A stretch of DNA of 63,299 nucleotides, filler included, from Reticulomyxa filosa (taxonomy: Eukaryota > Protista > Foraminifera): the NCBI GenBank assembly GCA_000512085.1. It is 20 parts of 20 records of this genome, joined end to end, with 100 filler letters (N's around TTAATTAATTAA, not from the genome) between each part and the next. Parts side by side here need not be neighbours in the genome. Positions count along the whole stretch, not along the records: positions 1 to 10,559 come from ASPP01023970.1; 19 more parts are not named here. One strand, written 5' to 3'. Positions 1 through 10,659 of the stretch are shown here, piece after piece; within the stretch, counting starts at the first letter, position 1, and the number at the start of each line of letters is the position of its first letter. The translations under genes and the position numbers were made by a program. The notes below the pieces were generated by a model. It did not search any database, was not told the DNA's origin, and saw nothing but the letters and a program-made list of their open reading frames with translations.

Positions 1-1297
1 ATATTTTCAAACCACTTTTCAAGAACAATTCAATTCTTCATTCACACAATTACATCAACAAGGAAAACAATTCATTAATTTGAATCTGAGAGAATTGCTT
101 AGTAAAGAAAATCAACATTTTGGACATTTATTTGATTCAATTGACAATAAAATAACAGAACAAGAAGAAAAAGAAGGAGGCAATAAAATGAACAGTCAAA
201 AAAATAAATTGATTGAATCATGTTTACGAAGTATGTGGAGTTGTGTGTTATCAAGACCTTCTTTACAGATTTATCCCTTGATGTTTACTTGCGATTCCCA
301 AGTAAATGATGAAATTCAATCTAGAAATATAAAGATTGTAAAAGAATTTTTAGGAAATGAAGATGGTTGTAGTAATATTGGCTATTTTACTTGGCCATCT
401 TTAATCCGATGCAACACTAATGAGTTGTTACATATCCCTATTACTGCCTGTTACACTAGCTTCGATGTCACTGTATTTAATAGAAACAATGCTTCGCAAA
501 ATAATACCCAATCTAATCATCAAACCACTTTAAATGATCAAAGTACAGGATGTCCAAATGTAGCTAATAATATTGAAAATGTGCCTTTTTTTAATAAGAA
601 AACAAAGCGGAAACAAAACAGACAAAAAGAAAGTATAAATTTGTAATAATACAAATATTGCTCATAGAATGTTAATGATTATCCAGTAGAGAGTAAAACT
701 AGCGAGGAATCAAAAATTGAATATGACAGTAATAGAACTTTTTGTTATGGCACAGTTTGCAAGTGGAATAATCGACATACCGACTATGTGAACCGTGCAA
801 AAATTTTACCATATCGTTACCATAAGTGTCATACACAAATCGATGGTGTCTGTGTGTTTCAATTTTCACCGGTTAATGGTGATCAATATTTGTACTTTGG
901 TCCTCGTGACAATGTCCTTGATTTATGGGATGTCGCATCCAAATTATTGCATGCCCTCAATAGACATAGAAATACTGTTAGATGCATAGACTTTTCATTA
1001 TTTCAAGAAAATAACAATAACAAGATTAGCATGATTAGTGGTAATGAATATGCCATTTGTCTTGTGTTTAATGGACATACCATTTGTTTTGTGTTCAATG
1101 GGCATAAATGTGAAGTACGTGCTGTTGAATTTTTCCCATTTGCAGTAAATAATACTGGAGTTGATGGTAGTTCAAACGTGATATGTTCTGAACTGTTCGA
1201 CAATACATCTGTTTTCGGGATAATCGGTCAAATAAGAAAGAATTGTACACCATTGACGAAGATGGGAAGATTACAGAGACGTAAATTTTTACCATAA
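1..1297 (+). pseudogene. 5'-truncated gene: MIEAP-C-like helical domain joined to decayed WD40 repeats
   Basis: 'KLIESCLRSMWSCVLSRPSLQIYP...GYFTWPSLIR' resembles the Mieap/SPATA18 C-terminal pattern. A probable intron at 581-667 joins it in frame to ORF 788-1297, which has WD40-like remnants (LDLWDV, HRNTVRCIDFS, FNGHKCEVRAVEF) and a frameshift near 1207. Confidence 0.5.
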
Positions 1298-2597
1298 AAA
1301 AAACCAAGAGAACAAAACGAAAATGCAAAGAACACAGATTAGCTTCAACTTTTAGATATTCATGGAGAAGTTTGTTCGGATTTTGAGGTAGTCTTTTGTA
1401 AGAAAGAAAAAAAGTAATAGATTCCATGAATAAAGAGTTGATCGTTTTTTTAACATCTTTTTTGGTAATGGAAATTATTCAAAAGAAATATTCAAAGATA
1501 TGACTTGATGATAATAATTACATAAAAATAATTAAAAAATTTTGATAATTCAACAATGTTTTGTAGGAAGCTCAGGTACAGAAGTTGTAAGTGTAATACG
1601 ACAGATGCTTTTATTGAGAGCACTTTCCAATATTATGTTTCAATTTTGCCTTGCAAGTCCAAATACTTTACCAAAATATTTTTATCCCAAACGTTTCATG
1701 AGTCTATAGGGCAACGTACTATCTTGTTACCATTGAAAAGAGATGTTGAACCTTCTTTATCCAAGACATTTCCCTTTAACTTCACCAAAGTTTTCTTCTG
1801 TTTGAGAATGCAAGCACAGCCCTTTTGTCTCAAATTTACTAACTATCACTCTTCACCTGTTTTCTTCTTTGTTGTTTTTGTCGTTTGCAATTTTCGTATT
1901 ACACTTTGTGCGTCGTGTAAAATGACTTATCCTATTGTTACAGAAAAGTTCTAGATTCCAGGTATTTTTAAAGTGCTTTCTTTAACTAGTTTATAAAATG
2001 AATACACACAGAGCTTTTTCCAGGATACAACAAGGATTTGCGCATATTTATCTCATAGGTCAAGCTGCACGCAAAAGAAAACAAAGAAGCAATATATGAT
2101 AAATCAAAATTATACCTTTTGTCGGCCACCATTTTAATTGATAGAAAATTGGTTTATCAAATCTAAAACACAGCAACAAGGCGTAATGTTATGCTTGCTC
2201 AGCCTTCATAGGTTTTCTCAACAGTGAAAATTTCACTAAGAAGATTGAAAACAAGACACCTAACTCAAAGCTTTCAAATTATGAAAGTAATTAGTGAATG
2301 TAGAATTACGCTGTAGAATTGTTAAGCAATTTGATTGCTTTTTTCAAAATCAAATTTTAGCGCAAATATTACCAGTCTGAGAGCAGTTCACTTTGATTAA
2401 AAGAACCTGGGAAGTATCTAATGCAATCACATCAAATGTTTCAAAAAATGGAGGAAATCTTCTAATTACAAATGACAAAAGATTGCGATACTAAAAGTGT
2501 TAACATTGTATTTCTAGTGAATTGAATTGCTATTTTAAAAATCTCTTGATTTTCAAGTCTTTGCAATAAACATTATACTTTTATCCTCAATAAAAAC

Positions 2598-4886
2598 TTA
2601 TGCGTCTTCTTTTAATTCTTCATTCTCAAACTCTTTACCAATTTTGACAACGTCCTCTACACATTCACCTTCAAATTTAACAATAGCAAAATCAAAATTT
2701 CCCGTATCAGGGTGCTTATATAATAATCGAACTCGGTCATGTTTCAAAATGAATGTAATTTGGAAGTCGACTTGTTTAGAAAGGGGTTTTTCAAAAAATA
2801 TTACAAATTTTTTGAGCAGTTGGCACTTGCTTTTATCATCACAATATTGTATTCCATCTTTATGTTCAGATTTATATAATCCGAATTCTACAGACGTCTG
2901 TTGCCGTGGGAGAACGTACACATCGTCGTATTCCTATCCAAGTAAGTTTTTTTAAACTATGTATTTACATTTGAAACAGGGGGTATTTGACAAACACGGT
3001 CTACGAAACTTTTCCATCTTCGTATTTGTCATCCCGTCGAATAATTGTATCAAAACATCTTTTGCGAAGAAATCCAGTAGACGACTCAAAAGAACTAACT
3101 TTGTGATCATCATGAGGATCCCAAGGGTTCCATGTCCAATCAACACTCAATCCTAATGTTGAAAATGCTCTGAGGAATGATAGCTTTTTTTGATTGATGG
3201 CCCAAAGGACAGAACCACGCACGACACTTTCATGTGCATTGTGTGGTCGATAAACTTTCAGAGGATCTTTCCGTTCACTGAAAAGTTTTTCTAATCTTGG
3301 GACAATGTAAGGACAATTGGAAAAGCCTCCGGTCACTATCAATACTTTTGGTTTCACTCGTTCATGATCCAAGAGTTTTAAGATAAGCTTACAAATGTTG
3401 TCTATTACTTGTTCATGCAGAAATAACCATGTTTCATAAGATAGCATCAAAAACTTTTCACCCAGCAATCCTATCTGACTGATAAATCACAAAACAAAAC
3501 AAAAATAATTCAGATGCACACAAAATTTTTTTTCCCTGACTTGGATTTTCCATTAATCTTGTGTGCTTGCAATTTCTCTCTAATAGCAGTAAGGCTCTTG
3601 CACTCTGTTTCCAAATGATCTTTGAAGTGCATATCTAATTTCACATTCCATTGCTCATTTACAGGCAATGAATGCTTTGAACTCCAAAATGTATACTTTT
3701 GTTGGAGCCATGCTTGTGGATTGCTTTTTTTATTTGTTCGAGCGTCAAAAACCATAAAAATGAAATTTGCACACTTTTTTTTTAACTCTTTTTGAAATTT
3801 AGGAATGATGGTGTCTCCAAAAATATTCGAAAGCAAAGCCTCAAATGCTTGATCTACTGCTGCACCTCCAATTTTCAATCCATCTCGATGGCGTGTTTCC
3901 TCCATCATCCCATCGTCCAAAAACTTTAAGCAAGCAGCATCAATTGTGCCTCCGCCCATATCCAACAACACTATTTGGTCACTGTTTTCATGTATTTCAA
4001 TTTGTTATTATTATTTTTTTGGAGTCACAAAAAAAGTAACTCTTTCACAAATTTCAATCTTTTTGATTCGTTACTCTCGTCTTTTTGAGTGTTGATTACA
4101 TCAAATGTTGCCGCGATGGATTCAAAACATATTTCGACATGGTGCATTCCACACTTATAGCCACATTCTCTCATTGTCTCTGTATTCTAAATGTTAGATT
4201 TTTATTTGTTTTCTTGTTTTATTTTAAAAAACAGAAATACAAGTGATGTACTTCTTTTTTCTTTTTAAATTAACTTCGTCGTCCCAAAGCGCAGGGACAG
4301 TCAACACATATAATACTTTCTTTGGATCAAGGGGTCGATAGGCCTCTCCAAATGCATCTTTTCGAGTCACTTCCACTTGTGCTAATGCTGTCTCTTTGAT
4401 GGAATTTAGCATCAAGGTAAATAATAATGTTGCTGGCATTTCAAATGTATCACTGTCTCTTTTATTTTCATTGACCGAAAGTTAGTGCCTTTTAACACAT
4501 CCAACTTAAAGTTTGCAAAATATGCAAACTTGCTCCGTTCTTCTGGCTATATTTGTAAATTTAAATATATTGATAAAAAACGGAGTCACTCTTTTCCTTT
4601 TTTCTTTTGTGCTGTAGCAGCTTATTGAACACAAAACAGTTAGTTGAGAATATTTTTCCTCTGCCTTGAAACCCCAACAATCGACATCCTTTGTTTCGCG
4701 GTTCAAAAGCAGAGCTGATAAATTTTTGCTTTTGGTATAATCGGTTGTTTGTGTACAACCGTCGCTGGGCTTAATTAAATCTATTCTAGGAATACTTCCA
4801 GGCTTTGCGTGTTCACATGCTACCGCTGCAGAACCAAAAGAGCCAAAATCTATTCCAATCAGTTGGTCAAATATTTCACTGGACAT
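2598..4886 (-). CDS. Divergent Hsp70-superfamily (HSPA12-like) ATPase, multi-exon
   Basis: Spliced translation gives GIDFGSFGS, VLTVPALWDDE, FESIAA, LLDMGGGTID, IGGAAVDQAF, TGGFSNCPY and SVVRGSVLW. GT-AG introns reconcile all frames except one junction near 4459 (a 47-nt intron or a 1-nt frameshift). Confidence 0.85.
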
Positions 4887-5224
4887 GGCGTGACAAAACT
4901 AGTCAAAGCAACAAAAAAGTTCTTACATTTGAAAAAGCAAATTACTGGTTAATCTTTAATTTCTTGGATAATTAAATGTATGATAAGTTTTTTGATAAAT
5001 AAATTACAACAAATTGTTGCGCCTATTTTAAAATAAACAAAAAGATATTTTGTGAATAGCCAAGCTCTATTTCCAAAGTATTATTTCTCTCAAAATCAAA
5101 TAAAATATTGATAAAGCATATAACAGTCCAATTAATTTGTAGTATTATCAAGTGTTAAAACTTGGTTATTGTTTACTTTTTTCCTTTTTGTTGTGGCCCA
5201 TTTGTCAAAAGAGCGAAATTAAAA

Positions 5225-8206
5225 ATGGACGCTGATTTGTGCTTTGTTATAGATTGCACAGGCAAGGAAAAGAAATGTGCAAAGGCTAACTTATTGCAAG
5301 AAAATCTGTTTGCTTGCAACTGTGTGTAGGTTCAATGACCAGTTGGATAAACAAATGCAAGGACGATATCCAAAATATTGTAACTCAAATATTAAATGAA
5401 TATCCGTTTGTCACAATGAAACTAGCATGTGTGGGTTACAGGTATGTTTTTGCTTTTTTTATTTGTTTTTTTTGAATAATAAAACAACAAATATCACTCC
5501 AGAGATTATGATGATATCCCTCAATTTGAAGTCCTGGATTTTACGGAGAATATTAATGAATTTAAAGATTTCCTAGGGAAATTGACAGCAACAGGAGGGG
5601 GAGACGACTGTGAAGATGTTATAGGTGGATTGGAAAAATGCGTAGGACTCAAATGGTCATCAAAAACCAAAGTGCTGTTTCATATAGTTATGTTCTTTTT
5701 GGATTGATTTAAGAAGGACAAAAAAAAAGTAACTCCAAAAAAAAAACATTCCAACGGAGGGGATGCAACTAATAGGCAGATGCTCCTCCACATAATCGCA
5801 TGTATCACGATGGAGCCGGAGACAATCACCCAGACGACACAAAACGAGATCACACTGTGGTCTTGAGAGCACTCCAAAAAAAAAGAAACCTGCGATATTA
5901 CATTGGAAAATTAAATGATAGCGTGAACAAAGTTTGGATTGAGTGGGGCGAACAGAAAAAAAAATTGTACAGAAAAAGGAACAACCTTACATTTGAACTT
6001 ATATTTTCTAAAAATAAAAACAGATGATTCGAGTGTTTAAAAAAACTGGCTACGAAATGAATCTAATAGTAGAGGAGCATGAGATGCCCGATGTCAAGAA
6101 TTTGTTTGAGAGTGTGGTACGATCTGTGACAGATGCGATTAACGCAATTCGCGTTTCCAAAAATAGAGCGTTAATTTTTATGTTTTTCTTTTTGGGAGTG
6201 CTTTTTACAACAACTTTGATAACAAAAAAAATGGCCAGGCGGAAGAAAACAGATGTTGGATTGCTTCGTGGCAAGCGCAAAAGACAGTCGTTTAAGGCAT
6301 TTGTAGGCATTGACTTTGGAACTGATGGTACTGGAGTTGCATACAGTTTTCCCGAAGGAAAAGTATATACAAGCCAAAAGTGGCCAGGGCGTATGCTAGC
6401 AGAAGTGAAAAATAAAACCAACTTATTGCTTGATAAAGATGGCAATTTTGTAGCATTTGGACAAGAGGCAACTGATAGATATACTTCAAGTGTCGATAGC
6501 TCCTTAGAATTTTATGAAAGATTCAAAATGGCTCTGTATAGTTAGGCTCTAAATTTTTTTTTAATTAAAAAAAACAGAGTGGGTAAAATGATATGACAAT
6601 AACAATAGATAACGTACCAGATGAAATAGATGATGGTAAATACGACGACGATACAAAAGAACAGGATTTGGAACCTTATTTGACAGCTGCAAACGGAAAG
6701 AAGAGAAAGACTCTGGATGTGTTGAAGCAAGTATTTACATTTTTGCGAGAATATGTAATGAATATTCTTAAAAGCACCACATTAGTGGAAAGGATTGAAG
6801 ATGTACAATGGGTAATTACTGTGCCTGCCATTTGGTCCAACACAGCAAAAAACAGCATGAGAGAAGCTGCACATCGTGCGGGATTAATAAGCGACTCAAT
6901 TTCTGATCATTTGCTGATTGCATTCGAACCAGGTGTGACTCCTTTTGTAATGTAACTCGCCTATCCCTCCCAAAAAAAAAATAAAGAATATATTATGCTT
7001 AATGGTCATTAAAATAGAGTGTGGAAGTGTCGTTGCGCGTAGATATTGCCATGGCCTTAAAAAAGGTGATAAATACATTCTGTTGGATTTGGGTGGAGGC
7101 ACTGCCGATATTGCTTGCCATCGTGTGTTGGATGAGAAAAGCGTTTCGCAAATCTATGCTCCAAGTGGTGGGCCATGGGGTAGCACGTACATTGACGATG
7201 CCTTTTGGGGACTGCTTTGTGAGATCTTTGGAAGAGAAATAATGGAAGAGTTCAAAACCAAGTATTCAAACGAACATGTGCAATTGATAGAAAATTTCAA
7301 ACAAGCCAAACATTCGTACAATCCAACCTCGCCTGATACGCCAAAGATAAAGGTAGGCAATATGATAAGCTTATGAAGACGCATAAAGTGAGCTTGGAGG
7401 ATATCGGCAAGAAAGTGAAAGAGCACAAATTGAAAGACAAAAGTGGTATCTTTGGATTTGATAAAATGGTCGCGACTTTAACTTTAGGTCATGAGGGGTG
7501 GAAATTTTTAATGGATAAAGTGATTGATCCTCTTATCAAACATATAAGTGATTTATTGGCAAAGCCAGAATTGCGAGGGTGCGAAGCCATGTTATGCGTG
7601 GGAGGGCTATCTACATCATCTTATGTCACGCAACGCTTGCGAGATGTATTCGTCACAGACTGCAAGGTTATTAAAACAATAACAAAGCCAGAACAGCCCA
7701 TTTTGGCTGTAATGGAAGGTGCGGCTCTGTTTGGTATGACTCCGTCTTTGATTGCAGAGTATGTAATGATGCATACGTACGGCTTGAAGTGTGCTCGGTT
7801 TTGGGCAAACTCTGACGGAGAAGAAGGAAAACTCTGGAGCGAAGAAGATGGCAGATATATATTCGAAGATGGATTTGAAATATTTGCTCGCAAAAATACC
7901 AAGTTGAATGTGCATGATCCCCCGATTGTGCAATATTTCCAACCTCTCAACAGGGGAGCAACAGAAATCGTCATCGAAATCTATTGCAGCGACGAAGAAA
8001 ATCCTAAGCGATGCACTGATGAAACATTGTGTGCACGTGTCTCTTTTCAATTGCCAAGCGATTGGTGGGAAGGAGGGGACGCCGAAGACAAAGAAATTCC
8101 AATTGCCTTTTACTTCAACCGGGCTGAAATTCAAGTCAAGGTTGAATTAGAAAATTATTCGGATAAAGAAAGATGTATGAAGATAAAGTGGCTGAAAGGA
8201 GTGTAG
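5225..8206 (+). CDS. vWA (MIDAS) domain fused to HSPA12-like Hsp70 ATPase, multi-exon
   Basis: ATG at 5225; introns 5262-5329 (GC-AG), 5442-5502, 5687-5775, 5932-6023, 6170-6238, 6541-6608, 6933-7017. vWA part: DLCFVIDCTGSM, VGYRDY, GGGDDCEDVIGGL, HIADAPPH. Hsp70-like part: GIDFGTDG, WVITVPAIW, AFEPE, LDLGGGTAD, GGPWGSTYID, VGGLSTS, AVMEGAALFG. One frame break near 7370. Confidence 0.88.
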
Positions 8207-8829
8207 CTGTTGGTTGTCCTTTTGCACATATAAAGGTTCATTTGAACCGTTTCCTACTTTTGCTGTAAGGATACCTCACATTTAATTGTGTTGACTGAAA
8301 AGATTGCTATTCCAAAAGTTTACAAGGACAAATATAGATAAAAGAAAAAATAATTCACTATGATCACTTTTACAATTGCATTTCAACAGTTTTTTTTTTT
8401 TAATAGCAATTCTTTAAATAAGTAATATTTCGAATAATGTAGAACACTCATCGTCAGTAAAAAAAAATAAGCTTGTTCTTTTCTTCAGCTAACGATTGCA
8501 CTATCAATTCTTTTTTGAAGTTTTTAAATACACGTACTTACATAATCAACAAAGCCGTTTATTTTTCTGGAAAGCGTCCAAAATTGTAATATCGCTTAAT
8601 TCGATACCCTCGTTTTCTCATTGCTTTTCGATTTATTATGTGCATTCGGGATAGCAAGTAGCGATTATACTTTTGTCAATGACCAGGAAAAAGTACTGTT
8701 GCATTCTCAACATGATACTGAAATTCACCCAAGCATTGAATTGAATGCAAATTTTTTCCTACAGACTTCGTTCCACATCAATTCATTTCTGATTCCAAAG
8801 AATTAAATTTGAGCTCTCTGAAATACAGA

Positions 8830-10559
8830 ATGACAACTTATTATCTTCGTGACGAACATATCCAAAGCCTAACACAAAAGAATTTCACTAAAAAAAAATC
8901 CTGGATGGAAACGAGGTGTATCAACGCTTACAAGATGGATGCATGTACAGTGTTAAGTACAACATAATAATTTTGATACTTGCATTCTTTTGTTTTCAAA
9001 TATCTTGTTTTTGGAGTGACTCTTATTTTATTCAAAATAATTGACAATACAAGCCTCCTGGAACATACTTTTCCATATGTGCCACCTTACATAACGATTG
9101 ACCCTGATGGAAATATTAAAGATATATGGGAGAATAACAGCGTATTAGTGGGAAATGTCGTAGAACAGCTCTTAAATAATCCAAGATCCACTCTAAAAAA
9201 GATAGTTGAGCTATTTTATTTTTGCTGCAAATGCCCTTTTTTTCTATGATATTTGACATTGATATTTGATAGTCAGAAACAACACGGAGTTCGCCAACGA
9301 TATCAGTGAAAGAGTTGAATAAACTTTTATCAGATCCAAAAGTTAATACAACTAAGCTTTAAAGTCTGGATTTTTTGTTATTCAGACAATTAAATAAAAA
9401 CAAAATAGATTCGATGGATGAAAAATAACGGAGTGAACACAATAGAGCCAGCTCTTGTTCTCAAAGACAATCCAAAAGAACATATTTTTCAAACGCATCA
9501 AGGATGTTTTAATTTTTCGAATTATGATTTGAGTGAAAAATTTGTGAATGTTGAGGTAATTCATTTTTTTTTTGTTTTTTTGACATTTTTATTCACATAT
9601 TCACTCCGTTTCAATATTGTATTATCCATTGCTAGGCAAATGACTCTCCAGAAGTTTTGAAAGAGATTATTCGATCTTTGATGTCTTATTGCATCAAATC
9701 AATGTCTTCTCAAGGAGTTTGGTTTCTTTTTGAGTCTTTTTTCCTAAAAAAAGAGGATTCTTTGTTAAAATTGATATTAAAAAAAGTTGTCAAAGGGAGC
9801 GTTGGTGTCTTACCAAACTGAAAAAACCGGCTCAACTTCAAAAAATACAAAAATTGCTTTAAGCGATACCATTCGAGAACGTGATGATGCCATTTCAAAG
9901 TTGAATACGCAAAGCAAAGAACTGGACGAGGCCAGAAAGTTCTTAATCCAACATAAAAGATAAAAAAAACACATAAAGTATACACTAAAATATTATTTCG
10001 TTTGTATGTTTGTTTCAAAAGTAAATATGAAAAATTATCCCAGCAACTCAAAAAATTTGCACAAGAAACTAAAGACCAAAAAGACAAAATCAACTCATTA
10101 AATGCTGAAAAGTCAGTCATGTTTGAGAAAATTGAAGTCTGCAATTTACTTAAACAGTTTACTACTCATAACACACCTCTAACCTTAACTTTGTTACATT
10201 AAACAAATGTGCGAAAATTTTTTATACATTTACCACATAAATTATTGAATAAAAAATGTATTGTGTCTGGCACAAATAATGCAGAACAAATGCACAATTG
10301 TCCAGTGAAGTGCAAGATTTGAGGGGAAGAATTTGCAAATTGACAATTGGATTAGGAATTGAAAGTAAATTTCCAGTAGTGAATGATATTGCAACAACTT
10401 ATGAAGGGATAAGTGATAATTATCGATTAAATTTGACAAGTGAAATCATAACACAATTAGAAGATAATGAAAAGATTAAAGAAACGTATGCAATGTCATT
10501 CTTGGCAAGATTTTCACATTGTGTATCATTCTCAGTATTGTTGTTATCTTATCAATTTG
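8830..10559 (+). pseudogene. Fragmented coiled-coil protein gene, 3'-truncated at contig end, possibly decayed
   Basis: Short coding-like segments (MTTYYLRDEH..., EKLSQQLKKFAQETKDQKDKINSLNAEK, KFPVVNDIATTYEGISDNYRL) interrupted by introns and stops. Confidence 0.35.
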
Positions 10560-10659
10560 NNNNNNNNNNNNNNNNNNNNNNNNNNNNNNNNNNNNNNNNN
10601 NNNTTAATTAATTAANNNNNNNNNNNNNNNNNNNNNNNNNNNNNNNNNNNNNNNNNNNN
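10560..10659. other. Artificial contig-joining linker N44-TTAATTAATTAA-N44 (first of 19)
   Basis: The same 100-nt spacer with stops in all six frames also starts at 12005, 13446, 15210, 17559, 22631, 23997, 26633, 32173, 33464, 36231, 44664, 46149, 49524, 52786, 55739, 57526, 59486 and 61886. Confidence 0.99.

Noticed and set aside
7616-8134. Long antisense ORFs over real genes (also 43412-43876, 60520-61083, 38286-38744)
   Set aside because: These are shadow ORFs of coding strands, with no motifs of their own.
10604-10615. Recurring TTAATTAATTAA flanked by N runs, as a repeat, CRISPR or recombination site
   Set aside because: The identical 100-nt spacer recurs 19 times and is a six-frame-stop assembly linker. 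ORFs ending 'XXXLIN' are artefacts, and genes across linkers are not neighbours.
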